From NCBI GenBank assembly GCA_963845755.1, contig CAWJTV010000009.1, positions 96,001-160,000 of the forward strand: DNA of 64,000 bases, read 5' to 3'. Source of the stretch: an uncultured Planctomycetota bacterium. GTDB lineage: Bacteria > Planctomycetota > Planctomycetia > Isosphaerales > Isosphaeraceae. Below, piece after piece: positions 11,504 to 22,487 of the stretch. The notes below the pieces were generated by a model. The model saw nothing but the letters and a program-made list of their open reading frames with translations. It was not told where the DNA came from and made no database searches. Within the stretch, counting starts at the first letter, position 1. Each line of letters starts with the position of its first letter. The translations under genes were made by a program, and so were the position numbers.

Positions 11504-11788
11504 TTAGAGTCTTCCTCCGTAGGCTCCCTGCGCCGTCCGCGCCTCTGGGGATTCCGAATTCCGGATTCGCGATTCCGGATTCCCGGATCCTTCCCCTTCG
11601 GGAATCCGGAATCGCGAATCGGGAATCCCGATTGGGTTGCGGCCGAAGGCCGCGTTAGCGTCGTCCTCCGTAGGATCCCTGAGCCGTGCGCATCTGGAAT
11701 TCCGAATTCCGGATTCGAGATTCCGGATTTCCGCGGAATCCATCTCGAATCGGAATCCCGATTGGGTTGCGGCCGCAGGCCGCGTTAG
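11504..11788. mobile_element. Head-to-tail dimer of a ~130-150 bp TIR-less repeat element with heptamer core and terminal hairpin
   Basis: TTAG-[unit]-TTAG-[unit]-TTAG; units end GGGTTGCGGCCGnAGGCCGCG; homologous dimer in reverse orientation at 31943-32890. Confidence 0.7.
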
Positions 11789-11884
11789 GGATCTTGATGC
11801 AGAACCTCGATGAACCGTTTCACTGCGAGTTCGAGATTTGCTCAACTCCGAAGAGCCATTGTTAAATTTTTTTACGGAAGCTTC

Positions 11885-11913
11885 TTGACTTAGACCGGTC
11901 GCCCTTGTATACC
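11885..11913 (+). promoter_or_regulatory. Possible sigma70 promoter of the DUF1559 operon
   Basis: TTGACT-N17-TATACC in an AT-rich intergenic region. Confidence 0.35.
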
Positions 11914-12269
11914 CTTACTTTCAGGCTGTCACAAAGTGGCTGCACATTCGTGCTACCCCCTTCTCTCCATGGCAGACCATTACACGAGCTATTCTCATTT
12001 GCATTAACACGACAGTGTTGTCGATCGATCGCGTTTCATTTGCTTCCAAGAGAATTCAGCGACACGCTGATTCCTGAATCTCGTCTGGCTTCTGATTGTC
12101 TTGCGCCAACGATTGTCAATAGGACCGCTTTCATCCTAGAGCGTGGCCTGTCCATCGCCGTTCGCAATGTGACGCAACCCATTGACAATTGTCAGATGGT
12201 CCTGGATTTTGCGCAGGTTTGTCGAGGATCCGGGAATTCGTTCGTTCTCATTTCCTGAGGAGTCGCTTC

Positions 12270-13420
12270 ATGTTGGTAATCCATCGGAAAAGGTCTCATT
12301 TCGGTTTTACGCTGATCGAATTGTTGGTGGTGATCGCCATCATCGCGGTTTTGATCGCACTCCTTTTGCCTGCCGTTCAGGCAGCTCGCGAGGCAGCCAG
12401 GCGTGCCCAGTGCACGAACAACCTGAAGCAAGTCGGGTTGGCGACAGCCAACTACCATGACCAGATGGGATCGTACCCACCGGGTTGCATCTCAATGATC
12501 ACCGCAACGGCTCCGGCCAGCACTCCTTGGGCCAACGGGGCGACCGAGTTGTCTTGCGCATGATGATTCTCCCGCAGATGGAGAGCAACACGGTCTACAA
12601 TGCAATCAACCTGATGATCAATCCGACCTCCATCAACAATGGCGCGCAGTTCACGGCCTGGAACACGGTCTACACGAGTTGGCTCTGTCCGTCGGACGGA
12701 AACAACGGGGGGGGCAGGGTTTCCAATGGGTATTCGAGCGGCGACCAGCAACACGCCAATTGGGGCCCATCCCCGATTAACCCGGCCACGGGTGCGGTCG
12801 CCCCGACGATCCCGGTCTCCAATTACGCTGGCAGCTTCGGTGACAATTACTGCGGCGGCGTGCTAGCGTCGCCGGGCCTGCCCTGGGAAACCCCATACTC
12901 AGGATCCCCTCCGATTGGCCGAAACCGGATTGGCTGGAACGGCTATTGGGGAACGTCGTTCGGCTTGCCGGGTGGATTCACCGTGGGCAGCGGTACGATG
13001 CGCGGCTATTTCGATTACCGGAACACCTCGAAACCTCCCAACGTTGCTTCCATCACGGATGGAACCAGCAATACGATCATGGCCGGAGAGGTGTTGCCCA
13101 GTAACGCCGCCGATAGCAACTTCTGGGGGTTCAACGGTGCCTACGCGGGCACGACCGTTCCGCTCGGGTTTAACTCCAACACCGTTGTGGCTGGAGTGGC
13201 GGCGGGCTGTGGTAGTGGCACTTGGCAGTCTCCGTCAGCCCCCGTCGGCTGCCGGTTCGGGTCGTCGGCCAAGGGATTCATCAGCATGCACCCCGGCGGT
13301 TCGAACTTCCTGTTCGGCGACGGATCGGTGCGCTTCTTGAAAAACAGCATCAATATGTTCACCTACTGTTCGCTGGGCAGCCGATCCGGGGGTGAAGTCG
13401 TAAGTTCCGACTCCTACTGA
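12270..13420 (+). CDS. DUF1559 prepilin-type protein; apparent frameshift ~12555
   Basis: [78 protein letters not shown]. Confidence 0.93.
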
Positions 13421-13602
13421 GCGGAGTGACTGAACGAACAGATGTCGACCGAACTTGAGGAATGGGGGGCCGGAGAAACCCGGCTCCCCGTCTCTAATTT
13501 GATCTCTCCGTCGCCGCGACGGTCGCGGTGCAGTGCATCTCGTTTCTTGGAATCCGAATCGTGGGATGCCGGGATTCCTTTTCGCAATTGGATTTGCAAC
13601 GA

Positions 13603-14112
13603 ATGAATCGATTCAACAGGGTTTTTTCGAAAATAGGGCGATCGGTCGCGGTCGCCTTGAGTGTCTCAGTTGCGGTGGTCGTCCTGGGATGCGGCGGTGA
13701 CGATTCCGGTCTGGCCCGCCGATACAAGGTCACGGGCAAGGTCACCTACAAAGGTGACTCCCTTGCGCGCGGAACGGTGAATTTCATACCCACTAAACCA
13801 CCGGCCCCCGAAGGCCGGGCGGCTTCGGGCGAGATCAAGGATGGTTATTACTCGCTGACAACGACGGGGGACAATGATGGCGCATTGCCTGGTGATTACA
13901 ACATCACTGTTGTCTCCGTCGACCTCGATTTGAAGTCGGCTTCTGACGCGAATCCCGAAGGAATCATCCACCAGGGAGACCCCGCTCACCAGAAGGCCAT
14001 CAAGGGTGGCAAGAGTCTCATCCCGACCAAGTACAACATGGCTGAGACCTCGGGATTGAAAGCCACCGTCAAAGCCGAGTCGAACCAGATCGACCTTCCC
14101 TTGACGGACTAA
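13603..14112 (+). CDS. DUF1559-associated lipoprotein (carboxypeptidase-regulatory-like beta sandwich)
   Basis: Lipobox VLGC; VTGKVTYKG, DGALPGDY, IPTKY..TSGL motifs. Confidence 0.85.
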   Translation: MNRFNRVFSKIGRSVAVALSVSVAVVVLGCGGDDSGLARRYKVTGKVTYKGDSLARGTVNFIPTKPPAPEGRAASGEIKDGYYSLTTTGDNDGALPGDYNITVVSVDLDLKSASDANPEGIIHQGDPAHQKAIKGGKSLIPTKYNMAETSGLKATVKAESNQIDLPLTD

Positions 14113-14363
14113 CAGGAGATCGCCACGATCGAGCTGGAGGCCGTTGGGGCGATTCCGTGTGGATAGAGATCGGTCGTGTTCGTTGATTCCGACTTGGCGG
14201 GAACCGGGACGGCACGATGATTTGTGCCGTCCCGGTTCTGCCGTTTTATTCCGAAACACTCATCAACTCGGAACGCTCATCAGCCCCGCGATTCTACCGT
14301 GGGCAGCCGACGCGGGAGGTCTCTCTCCGTGGCGTTTGAGAATCGCCGAGGAGCCTGGCGGAT

Positions 14364-15648
14364 ATGTCCGAGGATCGACTACCGAGATCGGATCGCGGGC
14401 ATCGGAAGGTGATGAGCATCCTGCTCCTGGCAATCATCGGCGTCAGCGTCATCCTGATCGCTGGAGTGTTCTGGCGATTCGGCGTGCCGGGTGTGGCACT
14501 CCTGACCAATGCGCCAGACGACAGGGCATCCTTGACGTTGGTTGCCGCGAAACGGATCACCAGTTACGTGGGGCCTGCGACTTGCCGCGAGTGCCACCCC
14601 GGCGAATCGGCCTTGTTTGCGCGGTCGGGTCATGGGCGCACCCTCTGGCCCGCCGCAGCCGACAACAACCCGGTCGTCGCCTGGCTCGATGGCAAGACAT
14701 GGAAGGATCCGGAAGTTCCGGAAGCCACGTGGTCCTATCAGGTGAAAGAGGGCCGGTTGGTCGCCGGGCGCGGCGTTGAACGGCCGGACTGAGAGCTTCC
14801 CGCTCGACTATGGTTTCGGCTCGGGTAGGCACGGCGTCACGTTCGTCGCGCTCCGGCCCGGTACCGTTCCCGGACTCGGTCCTTCGGGCGTCGAGCATCG
14901 CCTGTCGTACTTCACCGATGGCCCATCGGTCGCGATCACACCGGGCCAGGAAAAACTGAAGACGGACCGGCTCGATCCGCGTAACGTCCCCTTGGGAAAG
15001 CCGATGGGACCGGATACCGTCCAGCAATGCTTCCAATGCCACTCCACGCTGACCTCGACGTTGGAGGCGAATGTGCTCGAGACCTCAACCTTGATCCCCA
15101 GTATCTCCTGCGAGCGGTGCCACGGCCCGGCGCGAGCCCACACTGAGGCGGCGCGACGTGGCCAGGACGAATTGACCATGCGGATGGGGCACGATCGCGC
15201 GGGGCCTTGGGTGGAGGTCAATCTGTGTGGCGAATGCCATCGGCTGCCCAGATCCGTCTCCTCACAATCGATCCGGCCCGACAATCCCGGGATCGTCCGG
15301 TTCCAGGGGGTCGGGGTGTCGATGTCCGCCTGCTATGCCAAAGGCCTGGGCGGTTTGCGCTGTACGACCTGCCACGATCCCCACGACCGAGCCTCGAGCG
15401 ATCGCGCCCATTACGAGTCGGTGTGCGTCTCGTGCCATCGATCGGCCCCGGCCCAGAAGGCTTGCCCCATCTCGCCCGCCGCGAACTGTGTCGGTTGCCA
15501 CATGCCGCGGCGCGAGGTTCCTGGAAACGGCAGATTCACCGACCACTGGATTCGCAAACCCGCTCCCGCGAGCCCCGCCCCGCCGAAAAGCGAGGCGGTC
15601 ACGACGTCCTCGACCTTTCAGAGCCAAACCCATCGGATTTCGCGCTAA
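14364..15648 (+). CDS. Membrane-anchored multiheme c-type cytochrome (7 CxxCH); apparent frameshift ~14775
   Basis: N-terminal TM; YVGPATCRECH, CFQCH, ISCERCHGP, CGECH, CTTCHDPH, CVSCH, CVGCHMP, FTDHWI. Confidence 0.88.
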
Positions 15649-15657
15649 TCACATGTC

Positions 15658-18600
15658 ATGAAGTTGTTCTGTCATCGTAAGCTCCTGTTTTGGATCGGCC
15701 TGGCAATCGGCGTACTGGGGCTCGGATTGCTGGGGACCAGTGCGGCCAGCAAGATCCAGGCGCAGCGGCTCCAGGCCAGGCTCAAGAACGTCCAGCACAA
15801 GATGGACCAGGGTCGGTTGGCCGTTGCCTATAAGGAACTGGCGGACCTGGCCCAACACTGGCCGGGCGACGGCCAGATCCTCTATCTCCTGGGTCGCTGC
15901 GAGGAGCTGCTCGGACGACCGCACCGCGCCCTGGCCGCCTGGGGACAAATTCCGGTTTCGGATCCGGAATTCGTCCGCGCCGCGGAGTCACAGGGGGCCC
16001 TGCTGATCAATCAAGGTCGATTCGCTCCGGCCGAGACGTTGCTCCTCGATGCCGTTCGCAAGGTTCCGGAGATCAATCTGTATCCGCTACTCCGCGCACT
16101 GGCTCGACTATTCCGGCTGGAGGGTCGATCCGCTGACGTGCACGACATTCTCACCGCGACGTGGTTGCATGCGCCTGAGCCAAGCGAAGTGCTCAAGGAC
16201 CTCTGGCAGAACGATACCGAACCTGTGCCCGTCGACGGCTGGAAAGTTCTTCTCGACGAGGCCGATCAAAAAGACGATCGAGTCTGGTTGGGCAAGGCGC
16301 GGCACGCCATTCTCACCGGCCATTTCGACGAAGCCCGAGCCTGGCTCGACCGGTGTTTGGAGCGACGGCCTGACGACCCATCGGTCTGGCTGGCGTGTCT
16401 CGATCTGGCCGTTGCGACCGTGGACCTTGGCCGATTCTGGAAGGCCGCCGAGCGAATCTCGGCCGAGGCCGTCAGCCCCTTGGAGACTCAGTCCCTACGT
16501 TCGTGGTTGGTCTCGAACAGTGGCGACCGGCAGGCTGAACCGCGAGAGCTGGCCAGGTTGCTCGAACTTCAACCATCCAACTCGCCGGTGTTGGAGCGTC
16601 TGGCTGTCCTGGCGTTCGAGGCGGGCGACTCCGCGCAGGCCGAGCGCCTTCAAACCCGGAAGGCCGAGATCGACCGCGCCAGGAATTCTATTCGCAGGCT
16701 GGTCGTGACCCTGAGCGAGTTCCGGCCACATGCCCAGGAACTCGCTCGGCTCTCGGCAATCCAGGGAAGGCCATTCGATGAGCAGGCCTGGTCCTTGGTG
16801 GCTGCGACACTCTCCGGACGGACCCACGACAGGGGACCAGGCCTGCAGCCGTCCAGGGCCTTTTGTCGGGCCGTCTCTCGCACGGCACTCGCTCATCTGC
16901 TCGCGAGGACAGGATCACCCCCGTCTTCCCGATCCGGTGTGATTGCCGACCGGTTCTCGGACCTTCGCGGTGCCAACGTCCCAGGCCGGGAGTCCGGTGC
17001 GAAGGCGCCCGAGCTATCCCAAGCGACACGGTCACGGCTTCATTTCGTCGATGATGCCTCGGCTTGTGGCCTGCGCTTCGTCTTCGACAACGGCCGGACT
17101 CCCGCCTCCACCTGCTTCCTTCCCGAGAGCCTTTCGGGTGGCGTGGGCCTTGTTGACTTCGACGGCGACGGCTGGCTGGACGTCTATTGTGTGCAAGGTA
17201 GATCGCTCGGGGCGGCTCCCCATGCGGGCGCATCAGCAACCGCCGAGCCGGGCGACCGTCTCTTTCGCAACCAGGGGGATGGGTCGTTTCGCGACGTCAC
17301 GCGGCAGTCCGGCATCGAGCGCCTCACCCGGGGCCGGGGTTACGGCCAGGGGATCACGGTGGGTGACTACGACGATGACGGTCACCCCGACCTGTTCATC
17401 ACCCGTTTATTCCGCTACGACCTCCTTCGAAATCGAGGAGATGGCACGTTCGAAGATGTGACCGAGCGTCAGGGCCTGGCCGGTCCAAGGGAGAATCCCA
17501 CCTCGTCGGCGTTTGCCGACCTCGACAACGATGGCGACCTCGACCTTTACGTCTGTCATTATGTCCGATTGGACCCGGACCACCCCGTGATCTGCAAGCA
17601 CGAGAGCGGGGAATGTTTCTACTGCGATCCCGCCAAGTACGAGCGGGCCGTCGACCACGTCTTTCGAAACGACCGCGGGCGCTTCGTCGATGTGACCCAG
17701 GCCGCCGGCTTCACGGATCCGGACGGGCATGGTCTGGGTGTCGTGGCGGCAGACATCGACGACGACAATCGGATCGATCTCTTCGTTGCCAATGACGGGA
17801 CGGCGAACTTCTTGTTTCGGAACCGGGGCGGGTTTCACTTCGAGGACGAGGCATTGATGGCCGGCGTGGCCGGCGGTGCCCAGGGAGGATACCAGGCGGG
17901 CATGGGTGTCGCCGCGGCTGATCTCGACGGCGACGGCCGGCTCGATTTCCTGGTGACCAACCTCTACCTCGAGGGAACGACACTGTACCACAACCTGGGA
18001 GAGGGGATGTTCGCCGATCACAGTGCCCCATCGGGAATCTTCCAGGCTACCCGGTTCTTGCTGGGATTCGGCATCGGGGTCATCGACGCGACCAACGACG
18101 GCCGGCCGGACGTCGTGATCACCAACGGCAACATGAATGATTTTCGGCCGATGTATCCCTACGCCATGCCGACCCGCCTCTACGAGGGACGTTCCGCTGG
18201 TCGACTGGTCGATGTGTCGGACCAGGCGGGGCCACCGTGGGCCGTGCCACGCCTCGGCCGCGGCCTGGCAACCGGCGACCTGGATAACGACGGTCGCCTC
18301 GACCTTCTGGTCATGGGCCAAAACGAGCCCCTGGCCTATTTCCACAACCAGACCGATCGACCCGGCCATTTTGTGACGTTTCGACTCGAGGGAACGAGGT
18401 CGAACCGAGACGGCGTCGGCGCAAGGGTGGTGATCATCACCGGCCAGGGCCGCCAGGTCGCGCAACGCCTGGGAGGCGGGAGTTATCTCTCAGCCTGCGA
18501 CGGCCGACTGCACTTCGGTCTCGGAGCGGCCACGTCCATTCAGTCCGTCGAAGTCCGCTGGCCCTCCGGCCACCTCGACCGCTGGACCCATGTGATTGCG

Positions 18601-18726
18601 GACACCGGCTATCTCCTCCGCGAGGGTGATCCACTCCCGAAGCCCCTGGCTGGTTTCTCGCGACCATCCGCTACGGCGCGTAACGCCTCCCATGGTGCCA
18701 ATGTGTCGTCCACCCCCTCACCGTGA
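15658..18726 (+). CDS. TPR + FG-GAP/ASPIC-UnbV (CRTAC1-family) protein
   Basis: N-terminal TM and TPR helices; repeated DxDxDGxxDL motifs; SNRDGVGARV, GGGSYLS, LHFGLG, VRWPSG. Confidence 0.92.
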   Translation: MKLFCHRKLLFWIGLAIGVLGLGLLGTSAASKIQAQRLQARLKNVQHKMDQGRLAVAYKELADLAQHWPGDGQILYLLGRCEELLGRPHRALAAWGQIPVSDPEFVRAAESQGALLINQGRFAPAETLLLDAVRKVPEINLYPLLRALARLFRLEGRSADVHDILTATWLHAPEPSEVLKDLWQNDTEPVPVDGWKVLLDEADQKDDRVWLGKARHAILTGHFDEARAWLDRCLERRPDDPSVWLACLDLAVATVDLGRFWKAAERISAEAVSPLETQSLRSWLVSNSGDRQAEPRELARLLELQPSNSPVLERLAVLAFEAGDSAQAERLQTRKAEIDRARNSIRRLVVTLSEFRPHAQELARLSAIQGRPFDEQAWSLVAATLSGRTHDRGPGLQPSRAFCRAVSRTALAHLLARTGSPPSSRSGVIADRFSDLRGANVPGRESGAKAPELSQATRSRLHFVDDASACGLRFVFDNGRTPASTCFLPESLSGGVGLVDFDGDGWLDVYCVQGRSLGAAPHAGASATAEPGDRLFRNQGDGSFRDVTRQSGIERLTRGRGYGQGITVGDYDDDGHPDLFITRLFRYDLLRNRGDGTFEDVTERQGLAGPRENPTSSAFADLDNDGDLDLYVCHYVRLDPDHPVICKHESGECFYCDPAKYERAVDHVFRNDRGRFVDVTQAAGFTDPDGHGLGVVAADIDDDNRIDLFVANDGTANFLFRNRGGFHFEDEALMAGVAGGAQGGYQAGMGVAAADLDGDGRLDFLVTNLYLEGTTLYHNLGEGMFADHSAPSGIFQATRFLLGFGIGVIDATNDGRPDVVITNGNMNDFRPMYPYAMPTRLYEGRSAGRLVDVSDQAGPPWAVPRLGRGLATGDLDNDGRLDLLVMGQNEPLAYFHNQTDRPGHFVTFRLEGTRSNRDGVGARVVIITGQGRQVAQRLGGGSYLSACDGRLHFGLGAATSIQSVEVRWPSGHLDRWTHVIADTGYLLREGDPLPKPLAGFSRPSATARNASHGANVSSTPSP

Positions 18727-18758
18727 TAACCCAGGAGTACGAGGGCCGTGAGGTCGGA

Positions 18759-20114
18759 TTACAGCGGCGGGGTCACGGCTGTTGGGGTTGTCGTGGGGAC
18801 GACCGAGCCAGCCGCGACGGCATCCAGTTCGGTGGCGAGCAACTCCGCCAGCGTGCGACCGGGTTCAGCCTCAACGACATCCCGCCGATCGAGGCGGACC
18901 AGTTCTTTTCGGAGGTCGCCACGAGTGGGTTCCATCTCGGCTGCGAGGGTCAGGAAGACGCGGGCTTCGAACCAGTGGCCGAGCTGTTCGGCCAGGCGGG
19001 CCAGCTCCCCCGCGTCTCGCATCGGCTGATTGCGCTCAAGGCGTTTTTGGTATCGATCCCTGGCTTGTTCGAGCTCGGCTTTCTTCTGTCGGAACTCGGT
19101 GGCATCGGCCAACTGGCCGGCCTGGCGCGCGAGATCAGCCAGCCGGTCCCAGGCCGCGAGGTCAGCGGGCGCGTCGGCGACCAATCGTTGCAGCGCACGG
19201 CGTTCGGCCGCGGCATCACCGCGGTGTGCAGCCAACCAGGCCGCCAGCCGGTCGACCTGGGCCGGGGTCAACTCCGCGGCCGGGAGATGCTTGAGGGCCT
19301 TCGCCACCTCCACGATCTGATTCGTCGCCATGGCCCACCGCAGGTAGGCTTTCCAGGTGGGGACATCCTCGGGACGGCTTCGCAGGCAGGACTCGAGCCA
19401 CCGCGCCGCCTCGTCGAACGCACCACGGCTGATCGCCAGGCTGGCGCGCGCCAGCCAGATCCGATCGTCCTTCGGCGCCAACCGCCCGGCCTGCTCAACG
19501 ACCGACTGGCGGAATCCTGGCGACTCCTCCTCCTCGTGGTCCAGCCGCAGGTAGTCCTGGACCAGTTTCATGGTCTGGTCCAGATAGCTATCGACCTGTC
19601 GGTCCAGGTGGTCCCAGGCGGCCTCGAGCAGGCGCCGCGCCTCCTCATCGCGGCCTTCCTGCCAGTAGAGCGGGACCAGGAACCAGCGCAAGCTCGAGCC
19701 GTCGATGCCGGGTTCGGCCAGGGCTTGCAGGACGAACTGCTCGGCGTCGGCCTGACGACCGAGCTGGGCCAGCAGGTCGGCACGGCCCAGGACGGCCTGG
19801 GTGATGAACGCCGAACCGGGCCGGACCCGGGCCCAGGCCGCGGCCGCCTCATCGGGCCGTCCCCGCGTTTTCTCGCAGACCCCCAGGAGGTAAGCCGCCT
19901 CATCCCAATCGGGTCTTCGGGCCAGCATGTTGGCGAGTCGGTTCGCGGCGGCCTGATATCGACCGATTTGCATGTCGTTGACGACTTGCGCCAGCGACGA
20001 CCGAGCCCACTGCGCGTCCCACCATTTCCAGCCCCACCAGACCAGCCCCCCCACAGCGGCCAGAACCAGCAGTCGATTGAGAATCCACCGCCAATGCCGC
20101 GCCCTCCCGATCAT
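18759..20114 (-). CDS. Membrane-anchored TPR protein homologous to the N-terminal half of the CRTAC1 protein
   Basis: YLLGVCEKTRG, DDRIWLARASLAI, WLESCLRSRPEDVPTW, LAEQLGHWFEA; N-terminal TM. Confidence 0.85.
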   Translation of the reverse strand: MIGRARHWRWILNRLLVLAAVGGLVWWGWKWWDAQWARSSLAQVVNDMQIGRYQAAANRLANMLARRPDWDEAAYLLGVCEKTRGRPDEAAAAWARVRPGSAFITQAVLGRADLLAQLGRQADAEQFVLQALAEPGIDGSSLRWFLVPLYWQEGRDEEARRLLEAAWDHLDRQVDSYLDQTMKLVQDYLRLDHEEEESPGFRQSVVEQAGRLAPKDDRIWLARASLAISRGAFDEAARWLESCLRSRPEDVPTWKAYLRWAMATNQIVEVAKALKHLPAAELTPAQVDRLAAWLAAHRGDAAAERRALQRLVADAPADLAAWDRLADLARQAGQLADATEFRQKKAELEQARDRYQKRLERNQPMRDAGELARLAEQLGHWFEARVFLTLAAEMEPTRGDLRKELVRLDRRDVVEAEPGRTLAELLATELDAVAAGSVVPTTTPTAVTPPL

Positions 20115-20457
20115 TCCTCGTTCCCCACTCGATCTCGGCTCGGTCTCCGCCGGAACGCCCAGGCCGCCAGCCCGGAAGGAACGCGGGACGACGAAATACC
20201 CAGAGAACCCCACATGCCTGTCATGAAAGGGCCTTGGTATGGCGTTCCGGAGGCCCTGGTCTCGACGGGCATCCATTATGTCTCTTGGATCCGGCGGTCA
20301 GCAACCAGATTCGCCTCCGGTCTTCGTTCAGGCTTGGCGCGAACCGGCCGAGGGTACGCCTCGAGCCCCGTTCCCCCGTGTTGGCCGGCTTGACACCATT
20401 TGAGACCCCAGCTCATGATGAGACGAGATCTCGCACGCCTGCCAGTTTGATGGGAGT

Positions 20458-22473
20458 ATGCTTATGGTCGATCGCCCAGCCGTGCACGAGGAGAGCGGCA
20501 CCGCGGGCTCGTCGTCCGGCGATTTGGAGGCGAGTGCGCCGCGATTGGGGTTCGTCCACCTCCTCATCTTGTCGGCCTGGTGCGGACTCGCCTCGGGACT
20601 TCTCGAGGTCGGGGCTTTGGTGGTGCGCAAGGAGGCGTTCGATCCGAATCACCTGTACTGGATCAGCCGCCACTTCGTGTGGTTGATCCCGGTGACGAAT
20701 CTGTGCTTTTTCCTCGGGTTGGGCATCCTCCTGGGTTGCGTTGCCTTGGTCTGGCGTCGGCGGGGGAACTGGCTCGCCACGCGGCTCCTCTGCGCGTTGA
20801 CCTTGCTCCCGGCCGCGCTGGTGGGCTTCCCCGAAATCTACGACTGGGCCTGGTTCCTGGTCGCGCTGGGGATCGCGATCCGTCTGGTTGTCGTCCTGGA
20901 ACGGAGGGGGCCCAGTGTCAGGCGGTTGGTGCGGGTGAGTTTCCCGGTGCTCGCCGGCCTGGTGGGGATCCTGGCGTCATCGATCTTGGTCGGGGACCGG
21001 GTCAAGACCTGGCGCGAGGCGTCGCGGCCGATGCCAGCACCGGGTGCCCCCAACGTTGTCCTGATCGTCCTCGATACGGTCGTGGCCGACCACCTGAGCC
21101 TCTACGGCTACAACCGCCCGACCAGCCGATCGATCGACGAACTGGCCCGCCACGCGATTCGCTTCGATGCCGCGCAGGCGGCCGCCTCGTGGACGCTGCC
21201 ATCTCATGCAAGCATGTTCACTGGACGATGGCCACACGAGCTCTCTGCCGGCTGGTACACCCCGCTCGACACGCGCTATCCCACGCTGGCGGAATTCCTG
21301 GGGTCTCAGGGCTATGCCACGGCGGCCTTCGTGGCCAACCAATGGTATTGCGGGTGGGATTCCGGCCTGGGCCGCGGTTTCACGACCTATCGTGATTACG
21401 TCTTCCCGCACATGACCGCCTTCGGCATGTCCGCACTGGTCAAACGATCGCTCGATCACCTGGTCTCGCTGGTCGATTTCCTGAACGGGCCGGTCGGTAT
21501 CCCGGTCCCCGGGCACTCGGTGCACTACTTCGCGGGGCTGTTCAAGGCCAGTCGGATCGAAGCGTGGATGGTCGACGACCTGTTCCTGGACTGGTTGTCG
21601 TCTCGTCGGGGCGCGGGGCAGCCGGAACGGCCGTTCTTCGCCTTCCTGAATTATGCGGATGCCCACGCTCCCTACCAGATTTCCCGGAAGGGTCTCCATC
21701 GATTCGGAGCCAGACCCCGCAACGCGTTCGAGATGGACCTGATCAAGAACTGGCCGGCGATGAACAAGCAGCATCTCTCCGCACAGGAGCTGGCGATGGC
21801 TCGCGACGCCTACGACAGTTGCATCGCACACATCGATGAACAAGTGGGCCGGTTATTCGACAGGATGGCGGACCATGGCGTCCTCGATCAGACCTGGGTA
21901 ATTCTGGCATCGGACCACGGCGAGAGTTTCGGCGAGCATGCCGGCATCTTCTGCCATGGGACGAGCCTCTACCAGACGGAGCTCCATGTCCCCCTCCTGG
22001 TCATTCCGCCGGCGCAGGGACCATCGCCCCGGGTTGTCACTCAGAAAGTGAGTCTCCGGGACATCGCGACGACGATCGTCAACCTTGCGGGCTGTCCGGC
22101 GCCCTCTCCCTTCCCGGGTGAGTCGCTGAGGCGGTTCTGGCGGGATTCGGCGAGTTTGACACCGGCCAGCACTGCCGGGCTCGGTGCTTCCGAACGGGCG
22201 CTTGCTGAGGTGGTCCCCAACGATCTGACGGATCCGGATCCCGCGCGGGTGCTCAAGCCGCGCTGGCCGTTGGCCGCGCTGGCCGAGGGTGAGTGGAGCT
22301 ATATCCGCCGTGAAGGCGACGTCCGCGAAGAATTGTTCCACGTGCGAGAGGACGCCCAGGAGCAGCGCAATCGCGCCGATGACCCATCCGCGCAGCCTGT
22401 GCTTCAACGGATGCGAGACGCACTCCGTCAACTCACAGCCGGGCCCCTGACGCCGCAGCGGTTTAACCCCTGA
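20458..22473 (+). CDS. Membrane-anchored sulfatase-like enzyme (Thr-type), paralog 2
   Basis: PNVVLIVLDTVVAD, WTLPSHASMFTG, ASDHGE; N-terminal TMs. Confidence 0.9.
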   Translation: MLMVDRPAVHEESGTAGSSSGDLEASAPRLGFVHLLILSAWCGLASGLLEVGALVVRKEAFDPNHLYWISRHFVWLIPVTNLCFFLGLGILLGCVALVWRRRGNWLATRLLCALTLLPAALVGFPEIYDWAWFLVALGIAIRLVVVLERRGPSVRRLVRVSFPVLAGLVGILASSILVGDRVKTWREASRPMPAPGAPNVVLIVLDTVVADHLSLYGYNRPTSRSIDELARHAIRFDAAQAAASWTLPSHASMFTGRWPHELSAGWYTPLDTRYPTLAEFLGSQGYATAAFVANQWYCGWDSGLGRGFTTYRDYVFPHMTAFGMSALVKRSLDHLVSLVDFLNGPVGIPVPGHSVHYFAGLFKASRIEAWMVDDLFLDWLSSRRGAGQPERPFFAFLNYADAHAPYQISRKGLHRFGARPRNAFEMDLIKNWPAMNKQHLSAQELAMARDAYDSCIAHIDEQVGRLFDRMADHGVLDQTWVILASDHGESFGEHAGIFCHGTSLYQTELHVPLLVIPPAQGPSPRVVTQKVSLRDIATTIVNLAGCPAPSPFPGESLRRFWRDSASLTPASTAGLGASERALAEVVPNDLTDPDPARVLKPRWPLAALAEGEWSYIRREGDVREELFHVREDAQEQRNRADDPSAQPVLQRMRDALRQLTAGPLTPQRFNP

Positions 22474-22487
22474 ACCGCCGAGCCGTG

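Noticed and set aside
11486..11845. ORFs rich in RFRIP/NPES (also 31706-32124, 32521-33186, 36309-36756)
   Set aside because: They are translations of heptamer and palindromic repeat elements
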